NCBI RefSeq assembly: GCF_009914755.1
Contig: NC_060930.1
Source: the human T2T-CHM13v2.0 reference genome, Homo sapiens
Direction: 5' to 3' (one strand)
Length of the DNA stretch: 64,000 nt
Position 1 is the stretch's first letter; each line of letters opens with the position of its first letter. Shown piece by piece: positions 26,761 to 42,867 of the stretch. The notes beneath the pieces were generated by a model that saw nothing but the letters and a program-made list of their open reading frames with translations, did no database searches and was not told the DNA's origin. A program made the position numbers and the translations under genes.

Positions 26761-27636
26761 AGAAGTTTCTAAAAAACAGGGATTCTGGGTATCTAATCTT
26801 TGTAGGGGAAACCTCTGATTCTTTGGCCAAAGGCAACCATGAATAACTCAGGGGATGGCCTGCCCCTAATCACAACTTCTGAGTTTGTTGTTTTTCAGCG
26901 GGCAAGATCTACCATGCAGTCTATTCCAACTGGAGAACAATAATGAAAACACTGTGCTGGAACGAATCTACTTTTTTAGGATTTGAATGTGCTATATTCA
27001 CCAAATTGTGACATTGTGATGTGTTCTGGTTTCTGCAGTGCAAGGTGATCCAAGGGAATTTTGCTCACCCAGCATGGAATTCAGGGACCATCAAACAAAT
27101 GGCATTCTGCTTACAGAGCTTTTCTAAGCTCATTTCTTACAATATTTTTCAGTGTGTGAGTGTGCGTGTGTGTGAATAGAATAAAAATATTTTACTAGTG
27201 ATTATCTGAACATGATTAAATAGAATTTCACCTCAGAATAATTCTGTATTTTACAGTACTGATGAGAGATTTGCAAAAAGGATACATCTACAAGTGAAAA
27301 TTGTGAATTAGAAAATACTAATATTCTAACATGAAGAATTTAAATTCTATTATAAGCATACAATGAAATATTGTACAATTATTAAAAATTATAAAAGATT
27401 ATTTATTAACATGGAAAATATTCATGATTTATTAGAAGTTGAAAATTCATGTAGAATATAGAACTTTATGATATTTCTGGCATATATGATTAGAAAAATT
27501 GTAAGGATACATGCATCTAAATGGTGATAATTTTTTGTTGGTGTGATATGACTGGAGATTATGTATTATTTCTTTATACTTTTTATCAAGCATGCTACAT
27601 ATATATAAATATGTATATATGTATATGTCACTAGAA

Positions 27637-27639
<3 letters not shown>

Positions 27640-27671
<32 letters not shown>
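27640..27671. repeat. (TA)n microsatellite
   Basis: Read directly from the sequence. Confidence 0.92.
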
Positions 27672-27674
<3 letters not shown>

Positions 27675-27999
27675 CAGAAAAAACATTTTAATTAAAACTC
27701 TTAGAAGAAGCCTAGAAAGACCACTGCAATTTGGCGGTTTGCCATAGTTGCACGCTATGAGGGGGCTTTGCTATAAAGACACTTTGGGCATAAGTGTCCT
27801 GCTTTTCCTAAGTGGTGATAACACAAATGAAGCTTCTGTGGCCTCACAGGACAAACTCTTTCCGAGCAAATTCATCAGGCCTGCAGTTTAGCATTGCTTT
27901 GTTACAACACTGCATATTCAAAAATGGTAACTCTGGCACTCAGTCAACTCCATGATTCCAATGGACAGAGTCTAACAGTTCCTCTCACGGTCACTTAAC

Positions 28000-28510
28000 A
28001 ATAATAACAATAACATCAGAAGCAACAGTGTATTTTATTGAACACCTACTACTTATCAGCCACTACACCAGTCCCTTTACTCATATTGGCCCAATCCTTA
28101 TGCCAACTCTGCAATTTAAATTATTATCTTATTCTAACATAAAACAGAGCTGAAATTCAGATTCTAAAGTAACCTGCCAGGGCAAGATATGCCATACATT
28201 GGTCTCAAACTATAACTCATTGACTTTACATTTTATGCTTTTACTGATGTACTATGTTATTAAACGTGTGTGTATGTGTCTGTGTGTATATGTACAGTTA
28301 CCACTCATTGAGCACTTACAATATGATATGCGCTATACTTTTGTTTTATCATAGCAACCAAATGAAGCGAGTTGTATTCTCCCTACTTTGCAGATGTGAA
28401 AACTGTAAGTCTAAGAGGTCAATTTATTTGGCTGAGGACACATAGGTAGCAAACAACAGAGCTGGCTTTTTGCCCAAGTTTGCTGCTCCCAGTGGTCACT
28501 CTTATTATCA
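28000..28510 (-). mobile_element. Two adjacent antisense MIR fragments
   Basis: TTTATTGAACACCTACTAC and CATTGAGCACTTAC ends; CCCTACTTTGCAGATGTGAAAACTG core in reverse complement. Confidence 0.6.
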
Positions 28511-29463
28511 CAGCCTGACCCTGAGAGCATATATTCCCTCAATTACCTGTAGGCTCTGGCCCCCAACGGCCTATCACTAAGTTTAAACTCTGGGCTGCCT
28601 CAGCCAAGGAGAGAGAAAGTGGCCCTTTTTCCTGCCTCAAAGTTTGCTGTTCTGTGACTTATCCCCTGGCAGCTACCTTCCTGTGCCTGAACTCTCCCAG
28701 ACAACTACTCTACTACCTGCCTACAACCTCTCCTGCCTTGACTGGTTTCCTCAGAATAAACCTATCTATGTGAGCCTGTAGTGGCCACCACATTCCAGTC
28801 CTGATCATTCTTCAGGATATAACTTCTGGTTCTTCTAATGGAGCTCCTGGCAGGCCTTTCTTGACTGTCCAAGTTCCTGCCTTGCCCCTGGTAAATATCC
28901 CTGCCTATCCAATGTTGCCTATATCCAATAATGGGGTGACATTATATGAAAGTACTTTAACACCTTTTTTGCTATGTAAGTATTCATACTGTCCAGGGCA
29001 GAAACACCTAAACAAGTGAAAGGCCACATATCCAGTACGTTATTAAGTTAGCCTCCAGATCAAACAATGTGGAACTCATGAGCTACGATCCAAACAAAAA
29101 AATCATCATGGAAGACACAGTGATGCTATATCATGCAAGGCTATTATGCAGAAATATCAATGCCACTGATGTTGATGAATGACCCAGAACAGCACAAATA
29201 GCAAATTGCCATTTGAATGTCAAATTTTCAGCTTCCGAGGCAGAAACTATTATCTCTCTAACTAGTCTGAACGACCCCGGAGCTGTGCATCCGACTCTTG
29301 AGTAAGGTATCATTCCATGTCTTCAGGCTCACAAAGAGCCTCAAGGTTGCTCTTGCCTCACAGAGCATGAAATATTTCACTGATTATCGCTCGGTGGCAG
29401 ATTTAACATTTTTAATGTAACTTCTAATACACAAGATGAATCTTCCACTTTTAAATTCTCTAA

Positions 29464-29950
29464 TAGAATCAGAGACTCTTGGCCCTGCAGGGCTCTTAAG
29501 AGGTCATGCAATCCATCCCTCAGCTTGCAGGCAGGTCCACACTTATCCTCTCAGACATGTGACAATCCTTCTGATTTTAGAAGACTTTGCAGCCAGGATG
29601 CTTTAACAAATTCCCTCCATGCACGTGAAATGTTAACAGCTTTCACTCTCAGGAAATTTTCTTTTGCCTTTAACCTAAAGCCTTGATGCTTCTTTTTCAG
29701 CACATTGTTATGAAATCGCATGTACTCTTTTATTTTATGGTTTCCAGCATTTCCTCTTCTCTCTTTTTCTTACATAATAGTAATCTTCACATTTTATTAT
29801 AATTTTCCATCTCCTTAGCAGATTGTTAGTTCTGTATAGGAATTAGATCTTTTCATAGACCTTTTCTTACATCTCAAGCTTCTAGCAAAAGGTGTGCTAG
29901 CACCCTTGCTTAGCCCTATTGTAGAACTTAGGATATTGGTTAAAATTCCT
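29464..29950 (-). mobile_element. CR1/L3 LINE 3' fragment
   Basis: AGAATC..GAGGTCATGCAATCCATCCCTC..CAGGCAGG..CTTTCACTCTCAGGAAATTTTCTT..TAACCTAAA matches the antisense L3 3' end. Confidence 0.6.
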
Positions 29951-30889
29951 TACTTATTTTCTCTCTGTCACTATCTTCCCCATTCAGAGCTGTCCGAGCA
30001 AGGGAAAGAAATAAGTATATTTAACCAAAAACATACATATTTTGAAGCTCTTAGAGAATACTTTCTCTTTGTAGCGTATACAACAGACAAATAACATAAA
30101 TTGCTTCCTTTAGTGAGTCCTCAAAAGGAGTCTCAAATCCCTTCATCACAGGGTAAGATTTCCCGGCTTCAGATCCATCACAACAGCACTCATCTATCAT
30201 ACATTCTGACAGGCAAATATGACCTAGGTCTCCAGTCAGGCAGTTGCAATAAGCTATTGATTAAAATAGAGCTACACTGTTTTAAAATCTATTGTTCGAC
30301 CATTTTTTCTGACCTAAAATTGGGTATTCTGGTTAAAACAATTAACCTGATTTATGCAGTCATTTCCAGGGTACCATATAGTTAGAGAAAAATAGTAAGT
30401 GTTATATTTGGGGATGCTATGCTATTAATACTATTCTATTTATGTATAAGTAATATTATGCTCCGATCCTTTCAGAAATAATTTAAATAACTTAAAAACA
30501 TTTCTTATAGATGGCTACATTAAAACAGTGAAAAAAAAGAAACCAAGAGTAACTATAGAGAAATGAAGAAAAGGTTGTATATGAAAATAAGAATGAAATA
30601 ATTACTGTCATTGGGAAGTCAAAACAAAAAGTTATAGATTTAGAATTTCTCAGTAACAGATAACCTAAATTATATTGATAAATAAAGGAAAGCCTAAACA
30701 GACACCTGAGAAGCAAATATTTCCCCAGAATTAAATTATAACAGGAATCTACAGGGTGATTTCTTATTTTTAAAAATGAATAAAATTTTAAGACATTGTT
30801 TCAACACCTGGCTTGCAGAAGTTGAAGAAACATACTTCAGATGGTAATTCTATGTATTGGCTTTTGACAAAAGACAACAAAATCCACTA

Positions 30890-32250
30890 GATTAAAAACC
30901 TCAGGTTTGGCAATGACTTCTTAGGTAAAAACCAAAAGCACAACCCATGAAAGAAAAAAAATGTTTGACTTCATTAAAATTACAAACTACTGCTCTACCC
31001 ATGGAAGAAAAAAATTATGAACTTCTGCTCTGCCCATGAAAGAAAAAAAAGTCTGACTTCATTAAAATTACAAACTTTGGTTAAAAGAATGAAAAAACAA
31101 GCCACACACTGAAGAGAAAATATTTCCAAAATACAAACTAATTAAAAAAAAACCTAGGATCTAAAATATACAAAGAACTATTAAAACCGAACAATAAGGA
31201 AATGAACAACCTGGTTTTTAAAATAGGAAAAGATCTGAATAGACACCTCACCGAAGAAGATATAGGACATAAGGTAGGATAGGAAAGGAAATAAGCATTT
31301 GAAAAGATACTCAACATCATATGACACCAGGAAACTGCAAATTAAAACAATAATGTGATACCACTACACATCTGTTAGAATGGTTAAAATTCAAAACACT
31401 GATATCGCCAAATGCTGATGAGGATGGAAAGCAATAGGAACTCTCATTCATTGCTGGTGGGAATGCAAAATGGTATGGCCACTTTGGAAAACAGTTTGGT
31501 AGTTTCTTAAAAAACTAAACATACTGTTACCATATGATCTAGCAATCACGTTCTTTGATATTTACCCAAATAAGCTGAGAACTTCCACACAAGAGCATGA
31601 ACACAAATGTTTGTAACAGCTTTATTTATCATTGCCAAGACTTAGAGGAACCAAAATGTCCTTCAATACACCTGTGTGAATGAATAAACTGTAGTGCATT
31701 CATATAAAGGAATACTGTTTATAAATAAAAATAAATTAGCTATCAAGTCACAAAAAGACACCAAGGAACCTTACATGTATAGTACAAAGTGAAGGAAGCC
31801 CATCTTAAAAAGCTACATGGTTTAAAGTTTCAACTACATGACTTCAGGGAAAAGCAAAACTATGGAAACAAAAGATCAGGGTTTCACGAGGGGAGTGGGA
31901 GTGGGAGCGAGGAAGAATAAATAGGTGGAGCACAGGGGATTTTTAGGCCAGTGAAACTATTGTGTATGATACTGTAATAGTGAATACAAGTCATTATACA
32001 TTTGTCAAAACCAATACAATGTACGCCACAAACAGTGAACTATAATGTAAACTATGGACTTTAGTTAATGATAGTGTATTGTTTGTGGTTCATCAATTGT
32101 AACAAATAGACCACAGTAATACCAAATGTTGATGGTAGGGGAAATTAGTTGGGGGTGAGAGGTACAGGGAATTGAGGAGACATATGGGAAATCTCTGTAC
32201 TTTCCACTCTATCTTTCTGTAAACCTAAAAAAAAGTACACTAATTTTTAA
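30890..32250 (+). mobile_element. L1MC-like 3' fragment
   Basis: ORF2-end motifs plus L1MC 3'UTR (GGAGCACAGGGGATTTTTAGGCCAGTGAAACTATT, AATGTAAACTATGGACTTTAG, ATGGGAAATCTCTGTAC). Confidence 0.85.
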
Positions 32251-32344
32251 AAATTCATTAATGGCTAAGCTTACTTAGAGTAGGTACTTTATCATAATCT
32301 AACTTGATACAAGAAAGAAGTTAGAGAACCTAGAAGAACAATAA

Positions 32345-32564
32345 CTATGATCAATTTCAGTACTATTGACATTTGGGGCCTAATAATTCATTGTTTGGAG
32401 CAGGGTGAAAGAGGCTGTCCTGTGTATATTTAGCAGTATCCCTATCCTCTTATCAACTTGATACTGGGAGCAGCCTCCAACTCAAGGTATGACAACTGAA
32501 ACTGTCTCCAGACATTGCCAAATTTCCCCTAGTGGGGCAAAATCAGCATCAGTTGAGAACCCTG
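32345..32564 (-). mobile_element. MER20 (hAT-Charlie MITE)
   Basis: TGTCTCCAGACATTGCCAAATTTCCCCTAGTGGGGCAAAATC..GTTGAGAACCCTG. Confidence 0.8.
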
Positions 32565-33299
32565 TTTTAATGCTCTCTCTCTCAAATATCTACTGTATCA
32601 AATCCACTTTCAACAAGAGCTGAGTAACAGGTAATTGAAGATTCAACTATCTATTAAAAGGGCAGATATCTTGTGCTATTGATTAAAATACGTTTAGATG
32701 TCAATCATATTAAAGAGTAGTCTACTATTTTATAAATATATATGTAAACCAGTTTATTCTTGTCAGTTTTGCTTTGCAATTCTAGTCTCTACATCCTTCC
32801 TCACCCTACAGTGAAGTTATTTGTCCCTCTGAAATAAGTTCAGTCACACCTCAGTTTCCATAGTTTCCAGGTTCCTCTGGTCCTTCCCTTGTAGTCCAGA
32901 CCAATGAATGGGCTTATATTTTCTTCCTGATGAACATCTGCTTACTATTCCAAATCTGAGCACAGCAGAATATTTATCCACACTGCTGAAAATATTAACA
33001 TGCTGAATAGGTTTATGTATTATTTTCCATTTGAATACTAGAAGAGAGCTGTAAAAAGCAACTTTTAGGAGATGTTGAGCTCTTCTTTCTAACTCTGATA
33101 AGCCAACAGATTGATTTGATTTTGAATTCTTTCCAGGTCCTTTTTCTGTGCCCAGAAACAAACTTAATTTTCCACTATATGAGGGAAAAAAACAAGCTCT
33201 CCCCATGCCCCAATAACTCCTTCAATTTTCTTCCTTCTTTCCCTTTTATTTACTAAAACCCCTCTTGAAGAAGTAGGCTACTTCAGTGTATCTACCTTC

Positions 33300-34170
33300 T
33301 CAATTCCATTTATGCCCCATCCCATTTTATCTTTCATTTCCTCCAGTTCACTGAAATTGCCCTGCAAATATCCCCAATGATCACTTGACTAAAAACTGCA
33401 ATGACGTATTTTCAGACTTCACACTAACATCTGCTACTACATCTTCTTGTTATCTTTGAAACTTTCTCCTTTTTTCAGCTTCTGGAATACTATTGTCTTC
33501 TTTTTCCTATTTCCACAAATATTCATGTTTCAGTTCAGACATTCTTTGCACATGTCTTAAACTCCAACCATCAGTTTTCCACACTTTGTTGCTTTGCTTT
33601 TAATTTACATGATCATTCTAGTTATCTCATACACTTGACCAACATCAGGTTTATTCATTCCACCCACCTTCAAAACCAATTAATGAATACACAAAGAAAA
33701 AAAATCTCTGTTCCTTCTTCTCATTTCTGCATTTACAATGTGGGTTAATGTTATCACCTTTGCCCAAAGTAGAAATGCACTAGTTTTCTTTTATTCTTAC
33801 CTTTCCACAACCATCATACTCAATCAAACTTCAGGCCCTATCTCAAAATTTTTTATTCTTTCCTTTTCATTTTCATTGCCTTGACTGAGATCTCAGATAC
33901 TATCTCTTACTGTGGTAACAATACGGCGACCCAACAATCAGAAGATCTTTCTAAATATAAATATGATCTTGTTAATTTCCTGCATATCATCCTCCTTTGA
34001 CTTCTTTTTACTCTGTCCAAAATGCATTATCATGCTACATATGGGTTTTCACAATCAGTTTTTGACATGCCTATTCAATCTCATAGTACAGTTTTCCGTG
34101 CCATATAACTCAGGCTTTGGTCATATTCCAGTCCCTCTATTTAAAATGTCTTTCCTTTTCTTTCCTTTGT
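33300..34170 (+). mobile_element. L2 remnant (continues ~35590-35830)
   Basis: Pyrimidine-rich L2-like motifs; L2-type 3' end ACTCAATAAACACTTG near 35800. Confidence 0.45.
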
Positions 34171-34188
34171 AGGAAAATTTCTACTTTT

Positions 34189-35425
<1,237 letters not shown>

Positions 35426-35455
35426 GAAAATTTCTACTTTTAATTTAAAATCTAA

Positions 35456-35578
35456 ACTAGCACAGTGGCTCACATCTGTAATCCCAACAATTCTAAAGGC
35501 TGAGGCAAGAGGATTACATGAGGCCAGGAGTTCAAGACCAGCATAGGCCACACAGCAAGTTTTCATGTCTTTAAAAAT
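35456..35578 (+). mobile_element. Alu left monomer (FLAM_C/AluJ-like)
   Basis: GTGGCTCACATCTGTAATCCCAAC..GAGGCCAGGAGTTCAAGACCAGC; ends after one monomer. Confidence 0.8.
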
Positions 35579-37780
35579 GCTAAATGCTAACAACTCCATG
35601 AAGTCTTCTTTTCCTTACAAACTCCTCATTATTCCGCCTTTGTGCTTTCACCACACTCTGCCCACACCTCCTTTATTGCTTTGTATTTTAAAGTAATGTC
35701 ATTTTATTTTACTGGTTGCTATCTCTCAATAAAATGTGAGGTGCTTGAAAGTTATATATTTTTTAACTGTGAATTTTTCTGCAGTACCTTGTAATATTAA
35801 TTACTCAATAAACACTTGTAAAATAAACACATAAATAATATAATCATTATAAAACAAACTTATTTTCTTCAGCTTTCCCTAGCAGAAGGGCATGGATCCA
35901 ATTCATCTAAAATGCAACCAAGTCATTTATATATGTGTTTAAAACATAACAAACTGGAATAAAGTAATCATTTGCTGCACTTAAAATTGAAGACTATTCC
36001 CATCCATACAGATTCTATTATTAATAATTGAGAATAGGAGTTGAAATAAATTTATAAATTATTCCATATAAGAGCATAGGATTTAGAGCATAGATACTTT
36101 CTGTGGAATCAGCAGTACATACCAGATCAATGGAGAAAAAGTCTTCCTTTGATTTTAATTGACTTCACAGAAAGATAAAGTGATATAACAATGATCAACA
36201 GGAAAACTGATGTACTTAAAACTTTCTTACTCTTCATGAAAGATATGAGATTGAGAGACTCGTTTTTGCAAACTAAAAAAAAAAACTCTAAACAAATAAT
36301 GAAATTTTTGTTTGTTATTAATTTTTGACAAGAAAATATCCTTTCTAGAAAAGTAATAAGCTCTTCTTTGCAACTATTCCTCAGAAACAGATGTTTTATC
36401 TTATTTATCTTTAAAGGTCAGGGTTGATCTAGAGACATGGAACTTATGAAGGGCTTAATGAATGTTCACTGAGTCCATAAATGAAAGAAAGTGAAGTGAA
36501 GGTAACTATACCATATGTATAAATAAATATTTATTTTTCAAATTAAAGTGTTAATAGTTTTCATCCCCAAAGTTCCTCTCAGGTATCCTCTTTCACTGTG
36601 AATTAATTTTCAATAATTCAATCAAAAAATACGAAGTTGTTCTATAATTAAGTACTTGTATTCAGTTTGGGGAAAAGAAAAATGAGTAAGAGATGCTCCT
36701 GATCTTCAAAATAACTCATATGAACTACTAAAGGAAATAAAAGATGCTTGCAATATGGAACATTATTTAATGTTTGTTCTAGAGAACACCAGTGTCTCAG
36801 ATATTACTCCTGCCCACAAAATGTGATCCCATCCTGAGAATGAGAGTTGAAAATGGTCAATACTGTATCTTAGAGATTCACAATGACAATAGCGAATTAA
36901 AGTTTCTGAAACAATATGCAGCAAGGAACTATCATTAACCTACAAATCACCAAGTGTATTTGATGAAAAATGTTCTTTGTATAGCACCTACTAATATACA
37001 GCTTCAGCGAGTATACTTTAGAAAGTGGTCAAATAGCATTAAAAAGTCCCATAAAGCAGAAAATTTCATGAGAGCAGAGAGGAGAAAAACAGAGGAGGAC
37101 CTGCCTCTGAGTCAGCCTAATGAAGGCAGACAGCTGGGAGGATGTGGACAGGACACTCCATAGTGGAAAACCTTATACGGAATTAGAGGTTTATAGGTGT
37201 AATGAGAAAAAACCAACATCTATTAAGTCTGAAGAAATGACTCATATGTTCATCAAGATAAATTATGTTTCCCTAATTTCAAGTTTACATTCATTCTTAG
37301 GTCCTAGGAAAACTTAAGATTTTGCAACTAAGAAATATCACTTTGTGTGAGAATGTGAAAAGATCTAAAATTCACTTTCAGTTCCACCTAGAGCTACTTT
37401 GGTTCTTCTCTGATAACCCTCACAGATTAACTGCACCTTCTCCCTAACTCTGAGAAGTGAACCATCATAAGCCAAATTTAGGGATTTAAACTGTATTTCA
37501 TCCTTTGTGCCTCTAAACTTGTAATAGTGACCTTCCTTGTATGCTAAGAAGATTTAAATGTGTTTGTAATGGTGCTGCCTTCCTCATCCTTTTCTATCCA
37601 AATTCTGCTCAAGAGTCTGCTAATATCTGACAACTGCAAATTGACATCTCTACTGGCCTGGGTAGATGTTTAGTTCCCATTTGCATGGAGACTCTTGTTT
37701 TGTACTGTTTCATGTTTGCATCCAAACATGATTTGCTACCTGTGGGTCTCCCTGATGCACAGAAAAAAAAAATGGTGTAT

Positions 37781-38832
<1,052 letters not shown>

Positions 38833-39421
38833 CACACTTATGAACCCAACCTGCTTCTTTGCACCTTTTAAAGCTATGCACACCAAATCCACTGTCAGAG
38901 TTTCAGAGTTCTTTTTGTCCCATTCATAGACTAGCTGGGAAGAGGGAGACTGTCTTCCAAGCCTGTTTTTCCTTCCTATGTTCTAAGAACACATATTCTC
39001 TTTCTAGGAGTTTATTAATAATTGCTGTGAGGAAACTAATGGAACAAAATAAAAGAGAACAAACATAGGATAGTGAAAAGATGTTTAAAAGTCTTAAAAA
39101 TTCATGAAGCCATAATTTTGACACTAGATAATAATGCTGCTTTGCATAGAGCATTTGCACGTATTCCCAGAGAATAAGTGCTTGTCTACATACTCTGAAA
39201 CCATTTAACTATGTAAACTAGCATAAACCATTTTCAATGACTGTACCTAAAGCAATAGAAGAAGACAGGTTACTAAGAAGATATTGCCAAATAAAGGTGA
39301 ATTAATATTACATCTTTTATTTCAGTAGAAGTCTGCAAAGTCTGAGTGTCCAGAAAAACCATAGAACATCTCATATAGAAATTACAGAAAAAATTAAACT
39401 AAGCTACTTTAAAAGTGTCCA

Positions 39422-39776
39422 AAAGGAATGAGGTCATGTCTTTGTAGGGACATGGATGAAGCTGGAAGCCATTATCCTCAGCAAACTAATACAGAAACAG
39501 AAAACCAAACATCGCATGTTCTCATTTATAAGCAAGAGCTGAATGATGAGAACACATGGACCCACTAGGGGAAACAGAACACACGGGGTCCTATCGTAGG
39601 GTGGGGCAGGGGGAGGGAGAGCATCAGGAAGAATAGCTAATGGATTCTGGGCTTAATACCTAGGTGATGGGATGATCTGTGCAGCAAACCACCATGGCAC
39701 ACATTTACCTATGTAACAAATCTGCACATCCTGCACAGGTACCCCTGAACTTAAAATAACAGTTTAAGAAGAAAAA
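39422..39776 (+). mobile_element. Short L1 3' end (old L1PA/L1PREC-like)
   Basis: GGGCTTAATACCTAGGTGATGGGATGATCTGTGCAGCAAACCACCATGGCAC; TSD AAAAGTGTCCA (39411-39421 / 39777-39787). Confidence 0.9.
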
Positions 39777-39827
39777 AAAAGTGTCCATATGTGTGTCATG
39801 AAAGTAGATATCTAGATATTTCTCCAT

Positions 39828-39831
39828 CTGT

Positions 39832-39864
<33 letters not shown>
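39828..39864. repeat. (TG)n microsatellite
   Basis: Read directly from the sequence. Confidence 0.92.
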
Positions 39865-39867
<3 letters not shown>

Positions 39868-42867
39868 TAATTATGAAGCAAGATTAAGATCAGGAGAAAA
39901 ACATTTTATCACACATGGTGTATAGTTTAGAACTTATTTCTCCTATATTATCTGCAATCAGAAAAGCATATCCATGTTTGTTTCCTGTGAGACTAAATTT
40001 TCATAAGAATTGGAAGTAATTAGAAGCTTTGGAAGTAACAAAATTTCTTTTTTAAAAGTCAGAGCTATAGCAAATGGGTGATTTTAAATCCCTCATCCAA
40101 GAAGAAGAATTAGTCATTAAGAGGTATGTCCCAGAATATTCTCAGCATCCAGTTAAATACAATCATATGATTTCAAGGACTCCAGGTTAAATCATTTCAT
40201 AATTGCTGGCTTTCTAATACTATCATTGTTGAACAAAAGTAATTTATCTAAACAAGTTCTTCTTACAGAATGTATGGGATTTCTATATCAGGCTATCTGA
40301 TGAAAGAATGGATTACATGAGGAGTCAGTCCATGACAAAGAATCACAAGAACTAGTGGCTGTAGAGAATAAGACTAGATGGGGTGAATATTAGTGAGATC
40401 ATCTTGAAGGTCTGGAACATCAGAGAAGAGAGAAGAGAGTAGGTAATTGGAGGAGGGATGAGGAAGCAGTCACACTGAGAAGCTAGATGGTACATAGCAG
40501 TATCAAGCAGTTGCAGTAGCAGAAATGTCTCAGTGTTTTCAAAGGTGTAAGTCCTGGATTGAACATTAGATTTAGAAACAGATTATTTAATAATATTGGT
40601 TAGTGAAGATGCCCTGAAGTTTCAAGAAGTGATGTTAAAATTAACTTGCAGATGTAAACCACATGTGAAAGCCTCTTATTCTTCCTTAGGAGGGTGTGCA
40701 CACAACTATAGGAGGCCTTCCCCTTCAGAGTCCATGTACTCATAAGCCTCCTGCCAAGGAGCCAGGGTATGTCCAGACGGGATACAAACCCTGCAACCAT
40801 AAGGATTCCCTGCAGTTCATGTGGTCTGCCTTTTTACTTTACATTTACCTCCATCCAAAATAACATGTTGGGTATAATTTAAAATTTAGACATTTTTTCT
40901 ATTTTTCTTGAAGAACAAATGACTAAGGAGAGGAGAACACCCAAAAACAAATACATTCAAGTTTTGAATTAGTAGAGCAATGTAAATCAATTTGATTAGT
41001 TTTATTCTAGAGGCAGGCTAACATAAAATACTTTTAACAGCCTCGTGGTGAATCCTCTACCGTGCGGCCCTTTGAGAAGTTTTACCTGAACAAAAGTAAC
41101 TGTTCATTCACACACCCCAAAAAATCAATCTGGAAGAGCACTTTTTGAGTAAAGGTTCCCACCTGTTTCTTTCTAAATTCATAATGTGAGATGTTTGGCC
41201 AATGCCAAAAGATTCTATGGAGATTGAGAAGTTCAGTGTGCTCATTTCTTGCATAAGTAATACTGTAAATAGGGTAAGAGTATCAGTACAGTAATTCTGC
41301 AAAGCTGTCTTCAGAGTCATGACATTTGCTTCTAGAAAGAAGGTAGAAGAAAATGGTTTAGAGAAACCAAAGTAGTTAAAAGTGTTACTATTCATATGTC
41401 AAATGAGACAACATCATAAGGTTCACAAATGATTGAGAAACCAATAACTGTACAATGAAAACTATGCACAATGATGCCTTAAAATAAAAAAAAAAAAAAA
41501 AGAAGAAGTCGGAACGTTTCAACAGAGGCTGGCAAGATAGCCAAACAGGAACAACTCTGGTCTGTAGCTCCCAGAGAGATCAATGCAGAAGGCGGGTGAT
41601 TTCTGCATTTCCAACTGAGGTATTCACCGCATCTCACTGGGACTGGTTAGAAAGTAGGTACAGCCCACAGAGGGTGAGCCATAGCAGGGTAAGGCGTTGC
41701 CTCAATGGAGAAGCACAAAAAGTCAGGAAACTCCCCCCCAGCCAAGGGAAGCCTTGAAGGACCTTGCCATGAGGAACTGTGCATTCTGTCCCAGATACTA
41801 CGCTTTTCCCATGGTTTTCACAACCTGCAGAACAGGGGATTCCCTCAAGTCCCTACATCACCAGGGCCCTGGGTTTCAAGCACAAAACTGGACAGCCATT
41901 TGGGGAGACACCGAGATACCTGCAGAACTTTTTTTTCATACCCCAGTGGCACCTGGAATGCCAGCAAGACACAACCATTCACTCCCCTGGAAAGGGGACT
42001 GAAGTGAGGGAGCCAAATGGTCTAGCTCAGTGGATCCCACCCCCATGGAGCCCAGCAAGCTAAGATTCACCGGCTTGAAATTCTCGCTGCCAGCAAAGGA
42101 GTCTGAAGTCGACCTGGGACTCTCAAGCTTAGCTTGGGGAGGGGCATCCACCATTACTGAGACTTGAGTAGGCAGTTTTCCCCTCACAATATAAACAAAG
42201 CCTCCAGGAAGTTCAGACTGGGTGGAGCCCACCACAGCTCCACAGAACCACTGTAGCCAGACTGCCTCTCTAGATTCCTCCTCTCTGGGCAGGGTATCTC
42301 TGAAAGAAAGGCAGCAGTCCCAGTCAGGGGCTTATAGGTAAAACTCCCATCTCCCTGGAACAGAGCACCTGGGGGAAGGGGTACCTGTGGGCACAGCTTC
42401 GGCAGACTTAAACGTTCCTGCCTGCAGGCTCTGAAGAGAGCAGCGGCTCTCCAAGCACAGCACTCGAGCTCTCCTAAGGGACAAACTGCCTCCTCAAGTG
42501 GGTCCCTGACCCCTGTGCCTCCTGACTGGTAGACACCTCCCAGCAGGGGTCGACAGACACCTCATACAGGAGAGCTTCAGCTGGTATCTGGTGGGTGCCC
42601 CTCTGGGACAAAGCTTCCAGAGGAAGGAAGAGGCAGCAGTCTTTGCTGTTTTGCAGTTTCTGCGGTGATACCCAGGCAAACGAGGTCTGGAGTGGACCTT
42701 CGGCAAACTCCAGCAGACCTGCAGCAGAGGACCATGACAGTTAGAAGGAAAACTAACAAATAAAAAGGAACAGCATCAGCATCAACAAAAAGGACGTCAA
42801 CAGAGAAAACCCATCTGAAGCTCACCAACATCAAAGACCAAAGACTGAGGTAGATAAATCTACATAG

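Noticed and set aside
29226-29308. Possible + strand exon (TTTTCAG...TGA|GTAAGG) with a few CpGs
   Set aside because: Weak pyrimidine tract and no supporting neighbouring exons; indistinguishable from chance.
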